Of a stretch of DNA of 64,000 bases, positions 1 through 12,307 are shown in pieces; position 1 is the stretch's first letter; the number at the start of each line of letters is the position of its first letter. The notes under the pieces were generated by a model that was given only the letters and a program-made list of their open reading frames with translations, was not told the origin of the DNA and did no database searches. Both the position numbers and the translations under genes were made by a program. This DNA comes from Eledone cirrhosa (Eukaryota). Location of the stretch: contig OZ024744.1 in NCBI GenBank assembly GCA_964016885.1, positions 5,270,001 to 5,334,000 of the forward strand, given 5' to 3'.

Positions 1-3000
1 AGCAGAGGTCTATCTTGGTAGACAGTGGTGTTGGTAGCAGAGATCTATCTTGGTAGACAGTAGTGTTGGTAGCAGAGGTCTATGTTGGTAGACAGTGGTG
101 TTTGTAGCAGAGGTCTATGTTGGTAGACAGTGGTGTTGGAAGCAGAGGTCTATCTTAGTAGACAGTGGTGTTGGTACATAGGTCTATGTTGGTAGACAGT
201 GAGGTTGGTAGCAGAGGTCTATATTGGTAGACAGTGAGGTTGGTAGCAGAGGTCTATCTTGGTAGACAGTGAGGTTGGTAGCAGAGCTCTATCTTGGTAG
301 AAAGTGGTGTTGGTAGCAGAGGTCTATGTTGGTAGACAGTGGTGTTGGTAGCAGAGGTTTATCTTGGTAGACAGTGGTGTTGGTAGCAGAGGTCTATGTT
401 GGTAGACAGTGGTGTTGGTAGCAGAGGTATATCTTGGTAGGCAGTGGTGTTGGTAGCAGAGCTCTATCTTGGTAGACAGTGGTGTTGGTAGCAGAGGTCT
501 TTCTTGGTAGACAGTGGTGTTGGTAGCAGAGGTCGATCTTGGTAGACAGTGGTGTTGGTAGCAGAGGTCTATCTTGGTAGACAGTGGTGTTGGTAGCAGA
601 TGTCTATCTTGGTAGACAGTGGTGTTGGTAGCAGAGATCTATCTTGGTAGACAGTGGTGTTGGTAGCAGAGGTCGATCTTGGTAGACAGTGGTGTTGGTA
701 GCAGAGGTCGATCTTGGTAGACAGTGGTGTTGGTAGCAGAGGTCTATCTTGGTAGACAGTGGTGTTGGTAGCAGAGGTCTATGTTGGTAGACAGTGGTGT
801 TGGTAGCAGAGGTATATCTTGGTAGGCAGTGGTGTTGGTAGCAGAGCTCTATCTTGGTAGACAGTGGTGTTGGTAGCAGAGGTCTATCTTGGTAGACAGT
901 GGTGTTGGTAGCAGAGGTCTTTCTTGGTAGACAGTGGTGTTGGTAGCAGAGGTCTATGTTGGTAGAAAGTGAGGTTGGTAGCAGAGGTCTATCTTGGTAG
1001 AAAGTGGTGTTGGTAGGAGAGGTCTATCTTGGTAGACAGTGGTGTTGGTAGCAGAGGTCTATCTTGGTAGACAGTGGTGTTGGTAGCAGAGGTCTATATT
1101 GGTAGACAGTGGTGTTGGTAGCAGATGTCTATCTTGGTAGACAGTGGTGTTGGTAGCAGAGGTCTATCTTGGTAGACAGTGGTGGTGGTAGCAGAGGTCT
1201 ATCTTGTTAGACAGTGTTGTTGGTAGCAGAGGTCTATCTTAGTAGACAGTGGTGTTGGTAGCAGAGGTCTATCCTGGTAGACAGTGGTGTTGGTAGCAGA
1301 GGTCTATCTTGGTAGACAGTAGTGTTGGTAGCAGAGGTCTATCTTGGTAGACAGTGGTGTTGGTAGCTGATGTCTAACTTGGTAGACAGTGGTGTTGGTA
1401 GCAGAGGTCTATCTTAGTAGACAGTGGTGTTGGTAGCAGAGGTCTACCTTGGTAGACAGTGGTGTCGGTAGCAGAGCTCTATCCTGGTAGACAGTGGTGT
1501 TGGTAGCAGAGGTCTATCTTGGTAGACAGTGAGGTTGGTAGCAGAGGTCTATGTTGGTAGACAGTGGTGTCGGTAGCAGAGCTCTATCTTGGTAGACAGT
1601 GGTGTTGGTAGCAGAAGTCTATCTTGGTAGACAGTGAGGTTGGGAGCAGAGGTCTATGTTGGTAGACAGTGGTGTTGGTAGCAGAGGTCTATCTTGGTAG
1701 ACAGTGGTGTTGGTAGGAGAGGTTTATCTTGGTAGACAGTGGTGTTGGTAGCAGAGGTCTATGTTGGTAGACAGTGGTGTTGGTAGCAGAGGTATATCTT
1801 GGTAGGCAGTGGTGTTGGTAGCAGAGCTCTATCTTGGTAGACAGTGGTGTTGGTAGCAGAGGTCTATGTTAGTAGAAAGTGAGGTTGGTAGCAGAGGTCT
1901 ATCTTGGTAGACAGTGAGGGTGGTAGCAGAGGTCTATCTTGGTAAACAGAGGTGTTGGTAGCAGAGGTCTATCTTGGTAGACAGTGAGGTTGGTATCAGA
2001 GGTCTATCTTGGTAGACAGTGAGGTTGGTAGCAGAGGTCTATGTTGGTAGACAGTGGTGTTGGTAGCATAGGTCTATCTTGGTAGACAGTGGTGTTGGTA
2101 GCAGAGGTCTATGTTGGTAGACAGTGGTGTTGGTAGTAGAGGTCTATCTTGGTAGACAGTGGTGTTGGTAGCAGATGTATATCTTGGTAGACAGTGGTGT
2201 TGGTAGCAGAGGTTTATCTTGGTAGACAGTGGTGTTGGTAGCAAATATCTATCTTGGTAGACAGTGGTGTTGGTAGCAGAGGTCTATGTTGGTAGACAGT
2301 GGTGTTGGTAGCAGAGGTCTATCTTGGTAGACAGTGGTGTTGGTAGCAGAGGTCTATCTTGGTAGACAGTGGTGTTGGTAGCAGAGGTCTATCTTGGTAG
2401 ACAGTGGTGTTGGTAGCAGAGGTCTATCTTGGTAGACAGTGGTGTTGGTAGCAGAGGTCTATGTTGGTAGACAGTGAGGTTGGTAGCAGAGGTCTATGTT
2501 GGTAGACAGTGGTGTTGGTAGCAGAGGTCTATCTTGGTAGACAGTGGTGTTGGTAGAAGAGGTCTATGTTGGTAGACAGTGAGGTTGGTAGCAGAGGTCT
2601 ATCTTGGTAGACAGTGAAGTTGGTAGCAGAGGTCTATCTTGGTAGACAGTGAGGGTGGTAGCAGAGGTCTATCTTGGTAGACAGTGGTGTTCGTAGCAGA
2701 GGTCTATCTTGGTAGACAGTGGTGTTGGTAGCAGAGGTCTAACTTGGTAGACAGTGAGGTTGGTAGCAGAGGTCTATCTTGGTAGACAGTGGTGTTGGTA
2801 GCAGAGGTCTATCTTGGTAGACAGTGGGGTGGGTAGCAGAGGTCTATGTTGGTAGACAGTGGTGTTGGTAGCAGAGGTCTATGTTGGTAGACAGTGGTGT
2901 TGGTAGCAGAGGTCTATCTTAGTAGACAGTGGTGTTGGTACTGAGGTCTATGTTGGTAGACAGTGAGGTTGGTAGCAGAGGTCTATATTGGTAGACAGTG

Positions 3001-5494
3001 AGGTTGGTAGCAGAGGTATATCTTGGTAGACAGTGAGGTTGGTAGCAGAGCTCTATCTTGGTAGACAGTGGTGTTGGTAGCAGAGGTCTATCTTGGTAGA
3101 CAGTGGTGTTGGTAGCAGAGGTCTATCTTGGTAGACAGTGGTGTTGGTAGCAGAGGTCTATGTTGGTAGACAGTGGTGTTGGTAGCAGAGGTATATCTTG
3201 GTAGGCAGTGGTGTTGGTAGCAGAGCTCTATCTTGGTAGACAGTGGTGTTTGTAGCAGAGGTCTTTCTTGGTAGACAGTGGTGTTGCTAGCAGAGGTCTA
3301 TGTTGGTAGAAAGTGAGGTTGGTAGCTGAGATCTATGTTGGTAGACAGTGGTTTTGGTAGCAGAAGTCTATCTTGGTAGACAGTGAGGTTGGTAGCAGAG
3401 GTCTATCTTGGTAGACAGTGGTGTTGGTAGCAGAGGTCTATCTTGGTAGACAGTGGTGTTGGTAGCAGAGGTCTATATTGGTAGACAGTGGTGTTGGTAG
3501 CAGAAGTCTATCTTGGTAGACAGTGGTGTTGGTAGCAGAGGTCTATCTTGGTAGACAGTGGTGTTGCTAGCAGAGGTCTATCTTGGTAGACAGTGGTGTT
3601 GCTAGCAAAGGTCTATGTTGGTAGACAGTGAGGTTGGTAGCAGAGGTCTATCTTGGTAGACAGTGAGGGTGGTTGCAGAGGTCTATCTTGGTAGACAGTG
3701 GTGTTGGTAGCAGAGGTCTAGCTTGGTAGACAGTGAGGTTGGTATCAGAGGTCTATCTTGGTAGACAGTGAGGTTGGTAGCAGAGGTCTATGTTGGTAGA
3801 CAGTGGTGTTGGTAGCATAGGCCTATCTTGGTAGACAGTGGTGTTGGTAGCAGAGGTCTATGTTGGTAGACAGTGGTGTTGGTAGTAGAGGTCTATCTTG
3901 GTAGACAGTGGTGTTGGTAGCAGATGTCTATCTTGGTAGACAGTGGTGTTGGTAGCAGAGGTCTATCTTGGTAGACAGTGGTGTTGGTAGCAGATATCTA
4001 TCTTGGTAGACAGTGGTGTTGGTAGCAGAGGTCTATGTTGGTAGACAGTGGTGTTGGTAGCAGAGGTCTATCTTGGTAGTCAGTGGTGTTGGTAGCAGAG
4101 GTCTATCTTGGTAGACAGTGGTGTTGGTAGCAGAGGTCTATGTTGGTAGACAGTGAGGTTGATAGCAGAGGTCTATCTTGGTAGACAGTGGTGTTGGTAG
4201 CAGAGGTCTATGTTGGTAGACAGTGGTGTTGGTAGCAGAGGTCTATCTTGGTAGATAGTGAGGTTGGTAGTAGAGGTCTATGTTGGTAGACATTGGTGTT
4301 GGTAGCAGAGTTCTATCTTGGTAGACAGTGGTGTTGGTAGCAGAGGTCTATGTTGGTAGACAGTGGTGTTGGTAATAGAGGTCTATCTTGGTAGACAGTG
4401 GTGTTGGTAGCAGATGTCTATCTTGGTAGACAGTGGTGTTGGTACCAGAGGTCTATCTTGGTAGACAGTGGTGTTGGTAGGAGAGGTCTATCTTGGTAGA
4501 CAGTGGTGTTGGTAGCAGAGGTCTATCTTGGTAGAAAGTGGTGTTGGTAGGAGAGGTCTATCTTGGTAGACAGTGGTGTTGGTAGCAGAGGTCTATCTTG
4601 GTAGACAGTGGTGTTGGTAGCAGAGGTCTATATTGGTAGACAGTGGTGTTGGTAGCAGATGTCTATCTTGGTAGACAGTGGTGTTGGTAGCAGAGGTCTA
4701 TCTTGGTAGACAGTGGTGGTGGTAGCAGAGGTCTATCTTGTTAGACAGTGTTGTTGGTAGCAGAGGTCTATCTTAGTAGACAGTGGTGTTGGTAGCAGAG
4801 GTCTATCCTGGTAGACAGTGGTGTTGGTAGCAGAGGTCTATCTTGGTAGACAGTAGTGTTGGTAGCAGAGGTCTATCTTGGTAGACAGTGGTGTTGGTAG
4901 CTGAGGTCTAACTTGGTAGACAGTGGTGTTGGTAGCAGAGGTCTATCTTAGTAGACAGTGGTTTGGTAGCAGAGGTCTACCTTGGTAGACAGTGGTGTCG
5001 GTAGCAGAGCTCTATCCTGGTAGACAGTGGTGTTGGTAGCAGAGGTCTATCTTGGTAGACAGTGAGGTTGGTAGCAGAGGTCTATGTTGGTAGACAGTGG
5101 TGTCGGTAGCAGAGCTCTATCTTGGTAGACAGTGGTGTTGGTAGCAGAAGTCTATCATGGTAGACAGTGAGGTTGGGAGCAGAGGTCTATGTTGGTAGAC
5201 AGTGGTGTTGGTAGCAGAGGTCTATGTTGGTAGACAGTGGTGTTGGTAGCAGAGGTTTATCTTGGTAGACAGTGGTGTTGGTAGCAGAGGTCTATGTTGG
5301 TAGACAGTGGTGTTGGTAGCAGAGGTATATCTTGGTAGGCAGTGGTGTTGGTAGCAGAGCTCTATCTTGGTAGACAGTGGTGTTGGTAGCAGAGGTCTAT
5401 CTTGGTAGACAGTGGTGTTGGTAGCAGAGGTCTTTCTTGGTAGACAGTGGTGTTGGTAGCAGAGGTCTATGTTGGTAGAAAGTGAGGTTGGTAG

Positions 5495-6135
5495 CAGAGG
5501 TCTATCTTGGTAGACAATGAGGTTGGTAGCAGAGGTCTATGTTGGTAGACAGTGGTGTTGGTAGCATAGGTCTATCTTGGTAGACAGTGGTGTTGGTAGC
5601 AGAGGTCTATGTTGGTAGACAGTGGTGTTGGTAGTAGAGGTCTATCTTGGTAGACAGTGGTGTTGGTAGCAGATGTCTATCTTGGTAGACAGTGGTGTTG
5701 GTAGCAGAGGTCTATCTTGGTAGACAGTGGTGTTGGTAGCAAATATCTATCTTGGTAGACAGTGTTGTTGGTAGCAGAGTTCTATCTTAGTAGACAGTGG
5801 TGTTGGTAGCAGAGGTCTATCTTGGTAGACAGTGAAGTTGGTAGCAGAGGTCTATCTTGGTAGACAATGAGGTTGGTAGCAGAGGTCTATGTTGGTAGAC
5901 AGTGGTGTTGGTAGCATAGGTCTATCTTGGTAGACAGTGGTGTTGGTAGCAGAGGTCTATGTTGGTAGACAGTGGTGTTGGTAGTAGAGGTCTATCTTGG
6001 TAGACAGTGGTGTTGGTAGCAGATGTCTATCTTGGTAGACAGTGGTGTTGGTAGCAGAGGTCTATCTTGGTAGACAGTGGTGTTGGTAGCAAATATCTAT
6101 CTTGGTAGACAGTGTTGTTGGTAGCAGAGTTCTAT
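5495..6135. repeat. Local duplication, 350-bp offset (10 monomers), with a chimeric junction
   Basis: TAGACAATGA at 5511 and 5861; AAATATCTAT at 5741 and 6091. Confidence 0.85.
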
Positions 6136-8671
6136 GTTGGTAGACAGTGGTGTTGGTAGCAGAGGTCTATCTTGGTAGACAGTGAGGGTGGTTGCAGAGG
6201 TCTATCTTGGTAGACAGTGGTGTTGGTAGCAGAGGTCTATCTTGGTAGACAGTGAGGTTGGTATCAGAGGTCTATCTTGGTAGACAGTGAGGTTGGTAAC
6301 AGAGGTCTATGTTGGTAGACAGTGGTGTTGGTAGCATAGGTCTATCTTGGTAGACAGTGGTGTTGGTAGCAGAGGTCTATGTTGGTAGACAGTGGTGTTG
6401 GTAGTAGAGGTCTATCTTGGTAGACAGTGGTGTTGGTAGCAGATGTCTATCTTGGTAGACAGTGGTGTTGGTAGCAGAGGTTAATCTTGGTAGACAGTGG
6501 TGTTGGTAGCAGAGGTCTATGTTGGTAGACAGTGGTGTTGATAGCAGAGGTTAATCTTGGTAGACAGTGGTGTTGGTAGCAGAGGTCTATCTTGGTAGAC
6601 AGTGGTGTTGGTAGAAGAGGTCTACCTTGGTAGACAGTGGTGTTGGTAGCAGAGATCTATGTTGGTAGACAGTGGTGTTGGTAGCAGAGGTCTATCTTAG
6701 TAGACAGTGGTGTTGGTAGCAGAGGTCTATCTTGGTAGACAGTGAAGTTGGTAGCAGAGGTCTATCTTGGTAGACAGTGAGGTTGGTAGCAGAGGTCTAT
6801 CTTGGTAGACAGTGGTGTTGGTAGCAGAGGTCTATCTTGGTAGACAGTGAGGTTGGTAACAGAGGTCTATCTTGGTAGACAGTGGTGTTGTAGCAGAGGT
6901 CTATCTCGGTAGACAGTGAAGTTGGTAGCAGAGGTCTATGCTGGTAGACAGTGGTGTTGGTAGCAGAGGTCTATCTTGGTAGACAGTGGTGTTGATAGCA
7001 GAGGTCTATCTTGGTAGACAGTGCTGTTGGTAGCAGAGGTCTATGTTGGTAGACAGTGAGGTTGGTAGCAGAGGTCTATCTTGGTAGATAGTGATGTTGG
7101 TAGCAGAGGTCTATCTTGGTAGACAGTGATGTTGGTAGAAGAGGTCTATGTTGGTAGAAAGTGAGGTTGGTAGCAGAGATCTATCTTGGTAGACAGTGGT
7201 GTTGGTAGCAGAGGTATATCTTGGTAGACAGTGGTGTTGGTAGCAGAGGTCTATATTGGTAGACAGTGGTGTTGGTAGCAGAGGTCTATGTTGGTAGAAA
7301 GTGAGGTTGGTAGCAGAGGTCTATCTTGGTAGACAGTGGTGTTGGTAGCAGAGGTCTATCTTGGTAGGCAGTGGTGTTGGTAGCATAGGTTTATATTGGT
7401 AGACAGTGGTGTTGGTAGAAGAGGTCTATGTTGGTAGACAGTGGTGTTGGTAGCAGAGGTCTATCTTGGTATACATTGAGGTTGGTAGCAGACATCTATC
7501 TTGGTAGACAGTGGTGTTGGTAGCAGAGGTTTATCTTGGTAGACATTGAGGTTGGTAGCAGAGGTCTATCTTGGTAGACAGTGGTGTTGGTAGCAGAGGT
7601 TATCTTGGTAGACATTGAGGTTGGTAGCAGAGGTCTATCTTGGTAGACAGTGGTGTTGGTAGCAGAGGTCTATGTTGGTAGACAGTGGTGTTGGTAGCAG
7701 AGGTCTATCTTGGTAGACAGTGGTGTTGGTAGCAGAGGTCTATCTTGGTAGACAGTGGTGTTGGTAGCAGAGGTATATCTTGGTAGACAGTGGTGTTGGT
7801 AGCAGAATCTATCTTGGTAGACAGTGGTGTTGGTAGCTGAGGTCTATATTGGTAGGCAGTGGTGTTGGTAGCAGAGGTCTATCTTGGTAGACAGTGAGGT
7901 TGGTAGCAGAGGTCTATCTTCGTAGACAGTGAGGTTGGTAGCAGAGGTCTATCTTGGTAGACAGTGGTGTTGGTAGCAGAGGTCTATGTTGGTAGACAGT
8001 GAGGTTGGTAGCAGAGGTCTATCTTGGTAGACAGTGAAGTTGGTAGCAGAGGTCTATCTTGGTAGACAGTGAGGGTGGTAGCAGAGGTCTATCTTGGTAG
8101 ACAGTGGTGTTGGTAGCAGAGGTCTATCTTGGTAGACAGTGAGGTTGGTAGCAGAGGTCTATCTTGGTAGACAGTGGTGTTGGTAGCAGAGGTCTATCTT
8201 GGTAGACAGTGGGGTGGGTAGCAGAGGTCTATCTTGGTAGACAGTGGTGTTGGTAGCAGAGGTCTATCTTGGTAGACAGTGGTGTTGGTAGCAGAGGTCT
8301 ATGTTGGTAGACAGTGGTGTTGGTAGCAGAGGTTAATCTTGGTAGACAGTGGTGTTGGTAGCAGAGGTCTATCTTGGTAGACAGTGGTGTTGGTAGCAGA
8401 GATCTATCTTGGTAGACAGTAGTGTTGGTAGCAGAGGTCTATGTTGGTAGACAGTGGTGTTTGTAGCAGAGGTCTATGTTGGTAGACAGTGGTGTTGGAA
8501 GCAGAGGTCTATCTTAGTAGACAGTGGTGTTGGTACATAGGTCTATGTTGGTAGACAGTGAGGTTGGTAGCAGAGGTCTATATTGGTAGACAGTGAGGTT
8601 GGTAGCAGAGGTCTATCTTGGTAGACAGTGAGGTTGGTAGCAGAGCTCTATCTTGGTAGAAAGTGGTGTTG

Positions 8672-11097
8672 GTAGCAGAGGTCTATGTTGGTAGACAGTG
8701 GTGTTGGTAGCAGAGGTTTATCTTGGTAGACAGTGGTGTTGGTAGCAGAGGTCTATGTTGGTAGACAGTGGTGTTGGTAGCAGAGGTATATCTTGGTAGG
8801 CAGTGGTGTTGGTAGCAGAGCTCTATCTTGGTAGACAGTGGTGTTGGTAGCAGAGGTCTTTCTTGGTAGACAGTGGTGTTGCTAGCAGAGGTCTATGTTG
8901 GTAGAAAGTGAGGTTGGTAGCTGAGGTCTATGTTGGTAGACAGTGGTGTTGGTAGCAGAAGTCTATCTTGGTAGACAGTGAGGTTGGTAGCAGAGGTCTA
9001 TCTTGGTAGACAGTGGTGTTGGTAGCAGAGGTCTATCTTGGTAGACAGTGGTGTTGGTAGCAGAGGTCTATCTTGGTAGACAGTGGTGTTGGTAGCAGAG
9101 GTCTATCTTGGTAGACAGTGGTGTTGGTAGCAGAGGTCTATCTTGGTAGACAGTGGTGTTGGTAGCAGAGGTCTATCTTGGTAGACAGTGGTGTTGGTAG
9201 CAGAGGTCTATCTTGGTAGACAGTGGTGTTGCTAGCAGAGGTCTATCTTGGTAGACAGTGGTGTTGGTAGCAAAGGTCTATGTTGGTAGACAGTGAGGTT
9301 GGTAGCAGAGGTCTATCTTGGTAGACAGTGAGGGTGCTTGCAGAGGTCTATCTTGGTAGACAGTGGTGTTGGTAGCAGAGGTCTATCTTGGTAGACAGTG
9401 AGGTTGGTATCAGAGGTCTATCTTGGTAGACAGTGAGGTTGGTAGCAGAGGTCTATGTTGGTAGACAGTGGTGTTGGTAGCATAGGTCTATCTTGGTAGA
9501 CAGTGGTGTTGGTAGCAGAGGTCTATGTTGGTAGACAGTGGTGTTGGTAGTAGAGGTCTATCTTGCTAGACAGTGGTGTTGGTAGCAGATGTCTATCTTG
9601 GTAGACAGTGGTGTTGGTAGCAGAGGTCTATCTTGGTAGACAGTGGTGTTGGTAGCAGATATCTATCTTGGTAGACAGTGGTTTTGGTAGCAGAGGTCTA
9701 TGTTGGTAGACAGTGGTGTTGGTAGCAGAGGTCTATCTTGGTAGTCAGTGGTGTTGGTAGCAGAGGTCTATCTTGGTAGACAGTGGTGTTGGTAGCAGAG
9801 GTCTATCTTGGTAGACAGTGGTGTTGGTAGCAGAGGTCTATGTTGGTAGAAAGTGAGGTTTGTAGCAGAGGTCTATGTTGGTAGACAGTGGTGTTGGTAG
9901 CAGAGGTTTATCTTGGTAGACAGTGGTGTTGGTAGCAGAGGTCTATGTTGGTAGACAGTGGTGTTGGTAGCAGAGGTATATCTTGGTAGGCAGTGGTGTT
10001 GGTAGCAGAGCTCTATCTTGGTAGACAGTGGTGTTGGTAGCAGAGGTCTTTCTTGGTAGACAGTGGTGTTGCTAGCAGAGGTCTATGTTGGTAGAAAGTG
10101 AGGTTGGTAGCTGAGGTCTATGTTGGTAGACAGTGGTGTTGGTAGCAGAAGTCTATCTTGGTAGACAGTGAGGTTGGTAGCAGAGGTCTATCTTGGTAGA
10201 CAGTGGTGTTGGTAGCAGAGGTCTATCTTGGTAGACAGTGGTGTTGGTAGCAGAGGTCTATCTTGGTAGACAGTGGTGTTGGTAGCAGAGGTCTATCTTG
10301 GTAGACAGTGGTGTTGGTAGCAGAGGTCTATCTTGGTAGACAGTGGTGTTGGTAGCAGAGGTCTATCTTGGTAGACAGTGGTGTTGGTAGCAGAGGTCTA
10401 TCTTGGTAGACAGTGGTGTTGCTAGCAGAGGTCTATCTTGGTAGACAGTGGTGTTGGTAGCAAAGGTCTATGTTGGTAGACAGTGAGGTTGGTAGCAGAG
10501 GTCTATCTTGGTAGACAGTGAGGGTGCTTGCAGAGGTCTATCTTGGTAGACAGTGGTGTTGGTAGCAGAGGTCTATCTTGGTAGACAGTGAGGTTGGTAT
10601 CAGAGGTCTATCTTGGTAGACAGTGAGGTTGGTAGCAGAGGTCTATGTTGGTAGACAGTGGTGTTGGTAGCATAGGTCTATCTTGGTAGACAGTGGTGTT
10701 GGTAGCAGAGGTCTATGTTGGTAGACAGTGGTGTTGGTAGTAGAGGTCTATCTTGCTAGACAGTGGTGTTGGTAGCAGATGTCTATCTTGGTAGACAGTG
10801 GTGTTGGTAGCAGAGGTCTATCTTGGTAGACAGTGGTGTTGGTAGCAGATATCTATCTTGGTAGACAGTGGTTTTGGTAGCAGAGGTCTATGTTGGTAGA
10901 CAGTGGTGTTGGTAGCAGAGGTCTATCTTGGTAGTCAGTGGTGTTGGTAGCAGAGGTCTATCTTGGTAGACAGTGGTGTTGGTAGCAGAGGTCTATCTTG
11001 GTAGACAGTGGTGTTGGTAGCAGAGGTCTATGTTGGTAGAAAGTGAGGTTTGTAGCAGAGGTCTATGTTGGTAGACAGTGGTGTTGGTAGCAGAGGT
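8672..11097. repeat. Tandem duplication, 1,190-bp period (34 monomers)
   Basis: Private variants AGGGTGCTTG at 9331/10521, TCTTGCTAGA at 9561/10751 and AAGTGAGGTTTGTAG at 9851/11041 are all offset by 1,190. Confidence 0.93.
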
Positions 11098-12307
11098 CTA
11101 TCTTGGTAGACAGTGGTGTTGGTAGAAGAGGTCTATGTTGGTAGACAGTGAGGTTGGTAGCAGAGGTCTATCTTGGCAGACAGTGAGGTTGGTAGCAGAG
11201 GTCTATGTTGGTAGACAGTGGTGTTGGTAGCAGAGGTCTATGTTGGTAGACAGTGGTGTTGCTAGCAGAGGTCTATCTTGGTAGACAGTGGTGTTGGTAG
11301 CAGAGGTCTATCTTGGTAGACAGTGGTTTTGGTAGCAGAGGTCTATATTGGTAGACAGTGGTGTTGGTAGTAGAGGTCTATCTTGGTAGACAGTGGTGTT
11401 GGTAGCAGATGTCTATCTTGGTAGACAGTGGTGTTGGTAGCAGAGGTCTATCTTGGTAGACAGTGGTGTTGGTAGCAGAGGTCTATCTTGGTAGACAGTG
11501 GTGTTGGTAGCAGAGGTCTATCTTGGTAGACAGTGTTGTTGGTAGCAGAGGTCTATCTTGGTAGACAGTGGTGTTGGTAGCAGACATCTATCTTGGTAGA
11601 CAGTGGTGTTGGTAGCAGATGTCTATCTTGGTAGACAGTGGTGTTGGTAGCAGAGGTCTATCTTGGTAGGCAGTGGTGTTGGTAGCAGAGGTCTAACTTG
11701 GTAGACAGTGGTGTTGGTAGCAGAGGTCTATGTTGGTAGACAGTGGTGTTGGTAACAGAGGTCTATCTTGGTAGACAGTGGTGTTGGAAGCAGAGGTCTA
11801 TCTTGGTAGACAGTGGTGTTGGTAGCAGAGGTCCATCTTGGTAGACAGTGTTATTGGTAGCAGAGGTCTATCTTGGTAGACAGTGGTGTTGGTAACAGAG
11901 GTCTATCTTGGTAGACAGTGGTGTTGGTAGCAGAAGTATATCTTGGTAGACAGTGATGTTAGTAGAATAGGTCTATGTTGGTAGAAAGTGAGGTTGGTAG
12001 CAGAGGTCTATCTTGGTAGACAGTGGTGTTGGTAGCAGAGGTTTATATTGGTAGACAGTGGTGTTGGTAGCAGAGGTCTATCTTGGTAGACATTGAGGTT
12101 GGTAGCAGAGGTCTATCTTGGTAGACAGTGGTGTTGGTAGCAGAGGTCTATGTTGGTAGACAGTGGTGTTGGTAGCAGAGGTCTATCTTGGTAGACAGTG
12201 GTGTTGGTAGCAGAGGTCTATATTGGTAGACAGTGGTGTTGGTAGCAGAGGTCTATCTTGGTAGACAGTGAGGTTGGTAGCAGAGGTCTATCTTGGTAGA
12301 CAGTGAG

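Noticed and set aside
6940-6947. Chi-like GCTGGTAG / GGTGGTGG motifs
   Set aside because: They are not exact GCTGGTGG, are expected by chance from the GGT-rich monomer, and there is no evidence of bacterial context.
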